A stretch of DNA of 64,000 bases from Octopus sinensis (lineage: Eukaryota). The stretch is from NCBI RefSeq assembly GCF_006345805.1, contig NC_043003.1:14818001-14882000 (forward strand). The letters are read 5' to 3'. Numbering within the stretch: position 1 is the first letter of the stretch; each line of letters begins with the position of its first letter. This document shows, in pieces, positions 13,604-26,126 of the stretch. The notes beneath the pieces are model-generated. The model was given only the letters and a program-made list of their open reading frames with translations. It was not told the origin of the DNA and made no database searches. The position numbers and the translations under genes are program-made.

Positions 13604-15183
13604 CTAGCAGAGATACCTCGCGTTGCCCGTGTCACATGGAATTGAAGAATTAGACTTTTCTTTTATATTTTCCTCTAATGAATTGGAATACTTATGATTC
13701 GAATTTCATCAAAGTTAGGGATTATGAATTTTAATGGGGGTTCTTTCCCTCTTTACACACCCTAGCAAAAATTCTAATCATGACATATTTATCCCATACT
13801 ACTCCTCTTTATACCCCGATTCCAAAATCCAAATCTTATAAAACCCATTCAAAGGTTTTTGCTCGTGAAAAATGGATCACAAGGCACACATGGAGCTCTA
13901 AAATGTGGGAGTTAAGGCCCCTATTAAGGGTAGGGCGTCTTAAAGTCAAACAGAGAAGTTGAATTGTTGGGAATCATTTTTAACTTGTGTCTTATATCTA
14001 TTGTTCAAATTTCTTTGAAATCAGAAATATATGAATGTTCACTGGGTTTGTAAAAGAGAGCAAAGCTAGAGGAAACCAAAAGATGAATGATCACAATAAG
14101 CAGTCAGCTACCCTACCCTAGTTGTTATCACTCCCCAATGTAGGATTCCTTACCAAACAGGTGATGGGTACAGCCGTAAGATGCATTACGGTTCTATAGC
14201 AATTGGAAGGGCATGACCTAACTCAAATACACATTAAGGACTGTGTGACGTGAGGGCTAAGGGAAAGTGAAAGTGTCACCTCTGGAGTTTGCCAATGATC
14301 ACTATGCCGATAGGTAAATGAATAGAATAAATTTGCAATCTATAAATCTCTTTGAATGACTTTTGAATCACTTTTCTGGAAAGGCCTTGAAATCAATGTT
14401 ACCATCTGGGGACTATCTCTGACTGAGTGATAATAAAAAGACTCAAAGGAGGTCTGCAACCAAATAACTTTACTCAAAATAACTCTCTGCAACTGAATCA
14501 GTGAAGGCAAAGATGCCTTTCCTTTACTTGACATTTTATGCATCACATTGCAAAAATCACAATCTAAGTATATCTCAAAGCAAACTATTACACTATTGTA
14601 CCATTGAATTATAAATAATGCAATTTTGTATCCTCAGGTGACTCTACAGCTTTCAAGACTACAATTGTATTCATCTTGGCTTCGGAAAAATGACTAAATT
14701 GTGGGGGTTAAGCCCCCATTAAGGTGTCTTACTAACCTCCTAAGAAGTTGAAATTTTAGGAATATTACTTCATTTGTGTCTAATATCTATGGTTAAAATT
14801 TCATCAACAGCAAAAAAATATGAATTTTCATGGGGGTTATGGCCTCATTTATGCCCCCTCACTTTCAAACATATACTGCATTACATCCGCCCTTATGCAT
14901 AGAATATAATTTCCAAATTTCATAAAGATCCATTCTGTCATAAAAAAAAAATGACTCAAATTTGGGAGTTAAGGCCCCCCATTAGCAGGGTCTTAGAATC
15001 CTCATGAGAAGCCGAAACTTTGGGAATACTTCTTGATTTATGTCAATTACTTATGGTTGGAATTTCATCAACATTGGAAATTTATGAATTTTCATGGGGT
15101 GGTGGGGTTCTGCCCCCTTTAGGCCCCCTCAAATTCAAACCAAACATAGAGAAATAGCTGCCCAGTGCACATATGATTTAAGA
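13604..15183 (-). mobile_element. Larger non-autonomous Helitron-like element with internal ~150-bp repeats
   Basis: CTAGCAGAGATACCTCGCGTTGCCCG terminus and degenerate repeats near 13900, 14700 and 14960. The far boundary is uncertain. Confidence 0.5.
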
Positions 15184-16113
15184 TGGCATTGGTTACAAGA
15201 GGATTTTTAGAAAGCTTTACCACAATAAACAGGGCCTACCATAATCGACTTTCAAATCTTTGGTCAGTCCGGTGCTATAGTAGAACACACCCAATGAAGC
15301 ACACAGTGGGATTGAACCCGAGACCAAGTGGTTTGATTGCAAGCTTATCTACCACACAGCCACCCCTCTGTCCACATATGCAGATAAAGCTTTATGTGGA
15401 GACATACACAAATTATGAAAGCTTATGGAAGCACATACACAAATTATGAAAGCTTATGGAAGCACATACACAACCATATAACTACACATGCAGAAGTAGT
15501 CACTTAAAACCGGTGATGTCTATTATGTTATCATCACCATCATTTTAGTTAATGTTTGTTCTTCATGCTTGCATAGGTTACGCAGATGCGCATGGCTTCA
15601 TTTACCATTATACACATTTTACAAAGATGTGTGAACATTATTTATTCCATCTGTAACTGATATTTCTGACTTAATGGATGGATGCCCGTCCTAATGCCAG
15701 GAATATCACTGATATATTTAAAGTTAATGCATGCACACCTACACAAACACATGCACGTGCACACACAAACATATGCATATATGCATGAATACATGCATGT
15801 GTGTATGTATGACTATTAATACGTGTGTGTGTAAATGGACAGAGAAGTAGCATATGTGTATATGTTTACTATTGATGCATGCATTTATGTCTGTGTGTAA
15901 ATATGCATACATGCATGTGTACACATATATACAAATGTATATATTTATATCTATCTATCTATCAATATATATATATACACACATATATATATTGTATATA
16001 CATATATATGTATATATATATATGTATATATATATGTATATATATATAATATATATATATATATGTATATATATATATGTATATGTTATATGTATATATA
16101 TATATATAGTATG

Positions 16114-16152
<39 letters not shown>

Positions 16153-16221
16153 TGTATATATATATATATGTATATATATATATTGTATATACATACATAT
16201 ATATATGTATATATATGTATA

Positions 16222-16262
<41 letters not shown>

Positions 16263-16265
16263 GTG

Positions 16266-16296
<31 letters not shown>

Positions 16297-16337
16297 TGTA
16301 TATATGTATATTACCTATCTATATCTATCTATCTATA

Positions 16338-16371
<34 letters not shown>

Positions 16372-16420
16372 AATCTATCTATCTATCTATATATATATAT
16401 ATATTATATATAATATATAT

Positions 16421-16462
<42 letters not shown>

Positions 16463-17145
16463 GAGGGAGAGAAAGAGAGTGGAGTAAATAGATAAATAGA
16501 TGATAGACAGATGGACAGATAGATACATACGTACACACTTATTTATTTGTTAATTTATTCTGCATCCATTTTTTTTTCCCCATGCTAGCATTAGTTAGAT
16601 GAATCCATATTATTGCGACATTATTTGACATCCAAACATCTTTCTTGTCACTAACCCTTACCTGTAAGGGCTTTTTTTTTTCATATAGGGGATTTTTCAT
16701 TCTAGTTGTGTTTCAAAGAACACAGGTAGTGGATGATTTGTGTTCAGGGAATTGGCAGCAAGCAATACTGAACCTCAGCCATTTTTTTACATGCAAGGCG
16801 CAGAATGTAAACATTTACAGAGACACGCATGCATACACATTCGCAAACATAGATTATATTTCACTCTAGAAGACCATAAACCAAACACCATACTACCTAT
16901 CAATTCAGTCAATCAGCTCATATAAGTCAGATATTGGAAACTAAAGCAAAAATATCATGGACACTATCATAGCAGGAGTGGCTGTGTGTTAAGTAGCTTC
17001 CTTACCGATCACATGGTTCCGGGTTCAGTCCCACTGCTTGACCAAAGCCTTGTGAGTGGATTTGGCAGATGGAAACTGAATGAGGCCCATCATCAGCAAT
17101 TTTTTTTCCTCTGTCTTCCCTTCTCGGGATCTTTCCTTCTCCTTT

Positions 17146-17180
17146 GTTTCCGACAAAGAGCTCCACTCGAAACGTCCAAT
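17146..17180 (+). ncRNA. Strongly decayed minimal hammerhead
   Basis: GUUU-CCGACAA-A-GAG(cucca)CUC-GAAAC-GUC, with two lesions in the CUGANGA box. Confidence 0.35.
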
Positions 17181-17333
17181 AATACTTTATTTGTTCCACA
17201 TCCTCGCGTTGCTGTGTTTTTTTGTGTTTTCTTGTTTGGATTAACTATATATATATATATATATATACCAGAGTAGGCACACAAATGCAAAACAAGGTGG
17301 AAAAAATAGTACTCGAATACCAGAGGTAGAGTA

Positions 17334-17492
17334 ATATGCTTCATTAAAAAGCAGCAAAAATATCACAAAAACCGTTACTCAGAGTTTCACATTCCCGTTT
17401 TGTTTTCTAAACAAAACTGTCTGATAAACAGGAACATGAAACTCTGAGTAACATTTTAATGTCATTTTTTGGTGCTTTTTAATAAAGTATAT
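17334..17492. repeat. Fold-back inverted repeat between TA tracts
   Basis: GTTACTCAGAGTTTCAC pairs with ATGAAACTCTGAGTAAC, and the flanking arms also pair. Confidence 0.75.
17418..17453 (+). ncRNA. Decayed minimal hammerhead
   Basis: UGU-CUGAUAA-acaggaacau-GAAAC-UCUGA-GUA-ACA; G8 is replaced by A and helix II is weak. Confidence 0.4.
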
Positions 17493-17985
17493 GTATATAT
17501 ATATATGTATAGAAATTAAATATAAAATATAAATTACAAAGTGGGACAAGAACGCAAAAACACACAAAGAGATGACATAAAAAAAAACAGACGTGTTACT
17601 CGAAGCCTCTAATCTTCAGTCGGAACCGGATCATCTTAGCAATTTCGGCTGTTTAATCTCGATATCACTCCGAACCAACCAGCCCCAAGGAAAAACTAAG
17701 CCACAGGCATTAGATTTCTTGGAAAGAGGATCGAATGTATATGAAACAAAGACAGGATGCCACACGAATATAAATACAAGAAACAAAAAATAGAAATAAA
17801 AAACAAGAATGGTAAGCAGGACAAAAACAGCGGGCATCTTACGACTTTAGACAATTTTTAACTTATCTTGGCTGGCGTATTTGAAAAATGCCTTTGCGGC
17901 AAAAATATATATATATACACATACACACATAAGGATATGCATGTGCGTATATGTTTGTGTGTTTGTTTGTGTGTGTGTGTGTGTA

Positions 17986-18061
<76 letters not shown>

Positions 18062-18250
18062 TGTGTGTGAGATAAATATAAGTAGGCACTTTTGGTATTT
18101 GCTTTGCAAGATTCTTCATATGAAACCATGTATTGAAACAAATATTATTCTAGTCTAGTTGGGTTACATTCCCAGTTAAAGCACACATTGGTTGTTTTTC
18201 ACTTCAGCTCATCTAATTAATGCATTAAAGAGTGATTAATTAAAAAATAA

Positions 18251-18500
18251 ATTAATTAATTGAATGACTGCTTTGTTAGAGTCCTTTCACCACAGCCAGT
18301 GACCTTGTCAATGCCATTGTATCCTTCCAATACCCATACAATGCTATCACGGTCATCATTTTTGGCAGCTTGTGGCAAAGGGTAAAGAACAAAGTGTGTG
18401 TGATAGCACAGGTATGTCAGAGGTATACATTGTCGTTGATAAGGTCACTGGCTGTGATGAAAGAACTCAGATAAACAATCAGAGAATCGATTAATTAATT
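18251..18500. repeat. Diverged inverted repeat with ~70-bp arms
   Basis: CTTTCACCACAGCCAGTGACCTTGTCAA pairs with TTGATAAGGTCACTGGCTGTGATGAAAG. Confidence 0.75.
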
Positions 18501-18633
18501 TACGGTTTTAATTACATTGTTATCTAATAATTGATTTATAATAAAACTGAATTGAAACACAACTGGTGCACCAATTTTAGTTGGCAACACACCAACTCTC
18601 CAAAACTACACTAAAGTACATATATATACATAT

Positions 18634-18706
<73 letters not shown>

Positions 18707-18722
18707 CATATATATATATACA

Positions 18723-18855
<133 letters not shown>

Positions 18856-18905
18856 TATATACACACATATATATATATATAATATATATATATGTATGTA
18901 TGCAT

Positions 18906-19304
18906 TCTTTTATTTGTTTCAGTCATTTGACTGTGGCCATGCTGCAGCAACGCCTTTAGTCAAACAAATTGACCCCAGGACTTATTATTTGTAAGCCTAG
19001 TATTTATTCTATCGGTCCTTTTTGCCAAACCGCTGTGTTATGGGGATGTAAACAGTAAACACACCAAAATCGGTTGTCAAGCGATGGTGGTGGGGGAACA
19101 AACACAGACACACAAACATTTACATATATATAAACGTATATACAATGGGCTTCTTTCAGTTTCCGTGTACCAAATCCACTCAGAAGGCTTTGGTCAGCCT
19201 GAGGCTATAGTAGAAGACACTTACCCAAGATGCCAAACAGTGGGACTGAATCCAGAACCATGTGGGTTGGTAAGCAAGCTACTTACCACACAGCCACTCC
19301 TACG
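18906..19304 (-). mobile_element. SINE-A, full length
   Basis: Reverse complement of the same family. Confidence 0.8.
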
Positions 19305-19789
19305 CTTATATATATATATATTGTAGGAAGGAAAATGGAGAGAATTGCGTTACGAAAAAATTATTTGTATGTTTAAAAACTGTTGAAAAATTTCTTTTTA
19401 AAACCATTCATAAGCAAAGTTGCACTCTATACATTTCATAACGGCAAATTTTCAAATTTTCGCCTATCCTCGATTTACATTACCCGCCACCCCCACCCCA
19501 CCCCATATTGCTACTCATCATTACCTTTCTACAGTTGTATCTATCGACAAACCAATAGAAAAAAAAACAAAATTTATTTATTTTTATAAAACCGTTGTAT
19601 AATAATCTTTGTCTTTCTCACCTGTCCTTCATTTATTTACTACATTAGTTGTTTTCTCCCTCACATTCAAGTGTTATTTTCTTTCCTTTAAATCATTATT
19701 TATATAATTATTTATATTTTATTGTATATATATATATATATTTCCTTTTTTTAGAAACGATACATTTTTTAATAGATAAATATTACATA

Positions 19790-20161
19790 CTAGCAGTATC
19801 ACCCGGCGTTGCTCGGGTTTGTAAGGGAAATAACTATAAAGCATTTTTAGAGAGTTATAGCAAAAAAATGGGAAAAAAATGATGGTAAATTTTTTTTGAG
19901 AGTTAAAAGGTCGAGTTGCGTCCCCTAGACAGTCTGTGGTTTGTGTTTCTGATTCTCGACCCCATGTCGAATTTATCGATTTTTTTCAGAACTGGGGGAA
20001 CTTTTCAAAATTATCGCTGCGTTAGTTTTGAATTATGACATTGGGCTATGTGTGTGTCAAGTTTCATCAGAATCGGTTGAAAGCCGTGGTCAGGGTGAGG
20101 GTACAACCAAACAGACACACAGAAACACACACAGACAAACTGCCGTTTATATATAGAGAGA
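19790..20161 (-). mobile_element. Non-autonomous Helitron with the same 3' terminus as 57364-57880
   Basis: Plus strand reads ACTAGCAGTATCACCCGGCGTTGCTCGGGTTTGTAAGGGAAATAACTAT at one end and TATATAGAGAGAT at the other. Confidence 0.78.
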
Positions 20162-20748
20162 TACATACATGCATACATACATATATATATTACTTAATTT
20201 CCATCTATTTTAAAAATTTATTTTACTTCTTTATTTCTACTTTTATTTAGCTTTTACTTTACTTTATTCATGAATATTTATAACTCACCACCGAGATACA
20301 CTTACTATATATAGCATTTAAATTCTTTAACCAACTATAAACCCTCCATGAATCCTTCGAAAATGATAACCTAAGCCCTACAAGCTCATAAAAACCCTGA
20401 AGAGGTTCTACCCCATGTAGTTTGAATATGACTTTTTTCTTAGCATTTAATAAAATGCTTAGAATTTCTAATTATTTAGGGGATAGCACAGAATCATATG
20501 TAGGTTTTTAAATTCTTCTGGAGCTTTTAAAACTTATAATCAATTTGTTTGTATTGTAATGTTTTTAAAAGAAATTTTTCAACATTTTTTAACACAGAAA
20601 TAAATTTTTCATGCATTCAATTCTCTCCATTTTCTTTCCTTCAGTATTAATAATATATATAATCACAACAATCCCCAACAAATACAAGTGAACATTATTT
20701 ACATTATTTACATTTGATGGATATTTGTCCTCGTCTTGTTTGTTTTTA

Positions 20749-20792
20749 ACACAACGTTTCGGCTGATATACCCTCCAGTCTTCATCAGGTGT
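20749..20792 (-). ncRNA. Minimal hammerhead, same family as the 45.6-45.9 kb pair, one helix II mismatch
   Basis: ACAC-CUGAUGA-A-GACUG..CAGCC-GAAAC-GUU-GUGU. Confidence 0.75.
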
Positions 20793-20840
20793 CTTGGGGA
20801 AATTTTGAACTTGGGTTCTCATTCCTAAGCTATTTTTCGA

Positions 20841-20871
<31 letters not shown>

Positions 20872-20890
20872 TATTATTATTATTATCATT

Positions 20891-21423
20891 GAGTGAGAGA
20901 GCAGTGCATGCCATCAAAGTGACACTGGGGTAAAATATACGAAGCCTAGTATACCCATCATGACTATCCGTCTGATAAGGGTACACCAGGCCCATGCATC
21001 ACAACCAAATGTGCGTGACATGGTGATCTCATATTAAGATAAACAGTGCTTGACCTTGCAGGTGGGGCCCAGTTAGAATTTTCTTCTGGTCGAATAACCC
21101 ATCCCACTCAAAAGGTTCCTGAATAATGATTGTTTAAGGATGTTGAATGAGCCACACATGTTTCCAAAGGTGAATTATCCAAACCTCCAAGAATTCCTCT
21201 CAACACACAGCTATGATGCTCCTCCATTACATCTGCTTGTGATCAGAGATGCACTTATCGTCAGCCACTAAGGGACATGATCAACCGGTTAAGGTCAAAC
21301 AACTTAAAGCAAATCTGTGGTATTGAGCATAATATTTGCTGTTGCCCATCATTTATACCAAGACACTTCCAATAAGTTAAGATCAGCAGCCATGAGAGCC
21401 ACTGCCTGGTACTGCATCAGGGC

Positions 21424-21425
<2 letters not shown>
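20891..21425. mobile_element. ~535-bp non-coding interspersed element in (ATT)n, copy 1
   Basis: Runs GAGTGAGAGAGC...ACTGCATCAGGGCAT, with the same ends as the copies at 29599 and 34557. Confidence 0.85.
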
Positions 21426-21484
<59 letters not shown>

Positions 21485-22374
21485 TTTCAGGTCAGTGCCT
21501 GGAATTGAACTTAGAATTACTTTAAAGATGGGACGATTTGTGTGCTCATACTGCAAATTTCCACTCATACTTCAAGACAAATAAATTTGCACGTATCTCG
21601 GCTCATACAGCAAATTACTCCTACAATAGTGTACTCATTCTTCGAGGTTCCACTGTACCATACTTTTGCTTGTTATTGTAGGTGCCTGAGTTAGTTACAC
21701 ATATACTTGGACACCTTCTTGGCCCTTTCATGCTTGACTAAGCAGATCAGGAAGGATGAGACACCTGGAGAAAGAAAAAAGATGCACCAGCTGGCCACTG
21801 GTGGGTGCACCTCTCTCGTTTTGAGCTGAGTGGGCTGGAGCAATGTGAAATGAAGTGCCTTGCTCAATGGCACAATTCTCAGCCCAGTCCAGGACTTGAA
21901 CCCAAGACCTCATGATTGTGAGTGCAAAGAAGAAATGTAGAAATAAATGTGGTTGGTGAAGTGAATTGCTAGAGTTACAGTCAAAATGCATTTGGAGTGC
22001 CACACAAGAGGGGCTTTTCTGATAAACAGGACTGGACCCTGAGAGAATAAATTAGGGAGGCCACAATTAGATGATGTTCATGATAACAATGGGGTTGTTG
22101 GTAACAATGATGTAGCAAGGGTTGTTTCCGTTTTTGTGCATCACCTTAATTAACAGGTAAGATGAGCAAGAGAAAATTCTTGTATTCGTTTGTACTCATT
22201 TGCATATTGGGGGGGGGGATAATTTTACCTGAAGTTGATTGCTTCTTTTTTTCCCACCTTGCTAATTTTCTGAATGATGGCAGGCATGTGAGCTGGTGGT
22301 TACAGTGTTAGATCAAACAATCTTGTGAGCATGGCTTCAATTTCTAGACATTTTATTCTTAAGCATTTCTGTTA

Positions 22375-22715
22375 TCCTTCCTTCCTTCTTTCTTTCCTTC
22401 CTGCTATCCTTCCTTCCTGCCATCCTTCCTTCCTTCCTTCCTTCCTTCTTTCCTTCCTTCCTTCCTTCCTTCCTTCCTTCCTTCCTTCCTTCCTTCTGTC
22501 ATCCTTTCTTCCCTCCTTCCTGTCATCCTTCCTTCCTTCCTTCCTTCCTTCCTTCCTTCCTTCCTTTCTGTCATCCTTTCTTCCCTCCTTCCTGTCATCC
22601 TTCCTTCCTTCCTTCCTTCCTCCTTCCTTCCTTCTTTCCTTCCTTCTTCCTTCCTTCCTTCCTTCTTTCCTTCCTTCCTTCCCTCCTTCCTTGATTCTTG
22701 CCATCCTTCCTTCTT
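22375..22715. repeat. (TTCC)n tract with a higher-order duplication
   Basis: Visible directly. Confidence 0.9.
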
Positions 22716-23363
22716 TTCTTCATCACAAATAAACTGACATAACATGGATGATAATTCCTAAATTTTGCCCTAAAAATGGGTTGTTTAAGCGTTTAACAGT
22801 GAAATAATTAAAAAAAATGAATAAAGACAAAAGTTTGTGAATTTACTTTAAAACAATTCAAGTTAACGACTTCCCTGTGCCTGATGAGATCTCATTTTAT
22901 TTTAACAACCATTACTAGTTTTATCGTGTATAATATAATTAATTACTACTATAGGTAAAATTTAATATGTTAATTATGTTACCTCACTTCCCCCCTTATT
23001 ATCCACTGTAGCCTAACATCCACAGTGCCTCCTTTGGAGATGGTACTGCCCATGTGGAGAACCTCTGGCATGTAGCATTTATATTATATAACAGACACAT
23101 GGATATTATTCTGCTGCAAACTTATTGTATGTATATTGGATGGCTCTTCAAGCAATGGATATAAATAATTACAGTGAAGAAGCATTGAAAATTTGCGAAA
23201 CACGCTTTAATTATATACACAGATGTTAATACCGTCCAGTTTTCATTCAATACTTGAGTTTAATCTAATTAGCAAAATTTCCATTAAGAGAATTTGCATA
23301 TTAAAATACATCAATACTCTGAATCTTACTATGCAAATTAGCATTTTTATTTTCTCATTCCAG

Positions 23364-23439
23364 AAATTATACTGAAGAAAAAGAAAAATTATATTACGTA
23401 TGGTATCACAATTGCTCCTATTTATATGATACTGGAAAT
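23364..23439 (+). CDS. Candidate isolated exon, GPR107/GPR108-like luminal domain (tentative)
   Basis: Acceptor tttttattttctcattccag, donor GTTAGT, open peptide NYTEEKEKLYYVWYHNCSYLYDTGN resembling the EEGLYxLYFHxC motif as recalled. No partner exons were found. Confidence 0.35.
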
Positions 23440-23746
23440 GTTAGTCAGCTGCTAAACTATGAAAGCTTGTCCTTGAATCTTTACGAAACTCAATATGTAT
23501 TTCTCTAAAGCTTCTACCAGCAGCCAGGAGCTTGTTTGTTTGTTTGTTTGTTTCATTGTTTATTTCCTCCCTTCCACTATTGTGTCTTGTCAGTGCACTT
23601 TGAAGTATTTCCCACTTTCAGAAATTCTAAGTATCATTTAAACAGATGGAACTCATCAGTCTGGTAACAAAAAGAAAAAAAAAAAACATGTTGCCATGGT
23701 AATTACTTGCTTCTCTTAAATTCTACAAACTTTGATTCACGTTTGA

Positions 23747-24119
23747 TTATAACCTCCGCCTTAGCAAAGGCAGAGGTATTGTTTTCAGTCGTGTTTTTAG
23801 TTTGTTTGTCCATGGACAAGATATCTCAAGAAATTCTGGATGGATTTGCATAAAACTTTCAGGGATGTTTGGCCTCATGACTGGCACAAACTGATTAGAT
23901 TTGGGGATCGATCTGGTACCGGACAAGGATTCTGTATTATTTTTCCTATTTTTTTTACTTAATTTTTGAGAGCGGTCAGGGTCATTTTTAGTATTCTCGT
24001 TTGTGAAAGCAAACGGGTTTATTTCAGATATTCTCATTTTAAAAAGCATCTCTGGCTAATCATTGAGAAGATGATGGTGTTTCCTTGGTGGAGTTTTGTG
24101 CCCTCTGAGTGCTCTTGTT
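23747..24119 (+). mobile_element. HINE/DINE-1-like non-autonomous Helentron
   Basis: 5' palindrome ACCTCCGCCTTAGCAAAGGCAGAGGT, a GTTT microsatellite, 3' subterminal CCTTGGTGGAG and a short hairpin, in a TT context. Confidence 0.7.
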
Positions 24120-24451
24120 ATTATTGTTATCATTATTATTATCATTAAGGCAGCAAGCTGGCAGAATCATTAGCACACCAGGTGAAATGTTTAGCGGTAT
24201 TTCGTCTGTCACTACATTCTGAGTTCAAATTCTACCGAGGTTGATTTTGCCTTTCATCCTTTTGGGGTCGTTAAGTTAAGTACCTGTGAAAAACTGGGGT
24301 TGATGTAATTGACTAGTCCCCTCTCACCAAATTTGAGGCCTTGTGCCTCCAGTAGAAAAGATTATTATTATTATTATTAATGTTGTTGTTGTTGTTGTTG
24401 TTGTTATTATTATTATTATTATTATTATCATCATCATCATCATCATTACTA

Positions 24452-24540
24452 CCATCTTCTTTCAATTTTGTTTCCATTTCTTGCCAAGTGTTTTTCTGAC
24501 ACCTAGGGCAAAGGAACTCACTGTAAATAAAAACACCAGT
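24452..24540 (-). mobile_element. R4/Dong 3' UTR tail-only remnant
   Basis: Resembles the tails at 30682-30760 and 32785-32860 (GCCCTAGG..ACACYYGGCRAGAAATGGAA on the minus strand). Confidence 0.55.
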
Positions 24541-24547
24541 ATCATTA

Positions 24548-24582
<35 letters not shown>

Positions 24583-24583
24583 A

Positions 24584-25698
24584 TTCTATGTTTGACTTTT
24601 GCTTTATGTTTGTACAAGTTGGCTCCAAGTCTCACCCAGAGACCTCATGAGACAACAGGTTGGAAGTTCACATTGTTGTTATGCCTAGTGTGCCATATAA
24701 TTATTTTTTTTTTTGGTGTTGTACTAGTGAATGTCTAAAAAAAAACAAAAAAAAAAAACGAAAATTATGTTTGTTTTAAACCTTGAGATTACATAGAAAG
24801 TATTTTGCGTAGGATATGAGCAGTTCCCATGAGCACTATCTTTTGAATTTCTGCCATTTTTGGGTTTCCTGGTATCTGAGTTAGGTAGCAATCAGCCCCT
24901 TTTGTTATCATTCCCAGGGCACCTATGACTACAGGTATTGTTTTAGTCTTCAGGTTCCACATTTTGCTGATTTCTATTTCAAGATCTTTATATTTGCTCA
25001 GTTTTTGGTAGGTCTTGACAGATACGTTTATATCGATTGGGACAGTCATATCAATGAGGAGGCATGTTCTTTGTTTGAAGTCTTTCAATATGATGTCTGG
25101 CCTATTTGCATCTATCTTTCTGTCATTTTGAATGGTGAAGTTCCAAAGGAGTGAGATGTGGTCATTTTCAAGCACTGGGGGTGGTTTGTGTTCCCACCAG
25201 ATTTTATCATGGGGCAAATCCAGGTTTTTGCAGATTACCCAGTGAATATATTGTGCGGCTCTATCATGCCTGTTGAGATACTCTGTAGGCGCTAGAAGAC
25301 TGCACTTGGAGACAACATGATCAGTGTTTTCATTTTGTTATCGACATACACATGTTGGGCTACTGCCGTTCTTTAATATGTTGGCCTGGTAGTTTCTTGT
25401 TGGTAGGCATTGATTATGAGCTGCTATGATAAACCCCTCTGTTTCAGAATTTAAGCCAGAGGCCATTAGCCATTGATGGGTCAGGGCTTTGTCAACATCT
25501 GCATTATTTGCTCTCTTTGAGTATTTGCCATAGAGAGGTTTTTCATGCCATTTATCATTCAGAATATCTAAGGCCGCAGTTTTAGAACGGGCTTTCATGC
25601 GCTTAGCTTTTTCTGTGCTTGTTTCTTGTATGTCTATCTCTAATTCCGAAATTTGTTTTATTCGGAATTCAATTAGATATTCCTTTGCTTTCCTTTCC

Positions 25699-25700
<2 letters not shown>
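24584..25700 (-). mobile_element. R4/Dong-type non-LTR retrotransposon 3' fragment (zinc knuckle + restriction-like endonuclease), disrupted
   Basis: Translates to KWHEKPLYGKY..SETEGFIIAA..CVCR, then LLWNFTIQNDRKIDANRPDII..LLIDMTVP..IPVVIGALG..GTAHILRK. Flanked by (TAA)n on the element strand. Confidence 0.88.
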
Positions 25701-25759
<59 letters not shown>

Positions 25760-26126
25760 CATGATTATCATTATTATCATTATTATCATTATTATCACTA
25801 TCATCATCATAATCATCATCATCATCATCGTTGTTGTTGTTGTTGTTGTTGTTATTTAAGGCAGAATTGTTAGCATGCTGGACAAAATGCTCAGTGACAT
25901 TTTATCTGTCTTCGCATTCTGAGTTCAAATATCATTTTGCTTTTCATCCTTTGGGGGGAGGGGCTCAATAAAATAAGTACTAATTGAGCACTAGAATCAA
26001 TGTAATCGACATAATCCCTCTCGCCAAAATTGCTGGCCATGTGCCAAAAGTTTGAAACCATTATTATTATTATCATTATAATTATTATTATTATTATTAT
26101 TATGATTATTATTATTATTATTATTA

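Noticed and set aside
17590-17655. CTGAAGA and CAGCC-GAAA motifs on the minus strand
   Set aside because: The boxes cannot be assembled with consistent helices.
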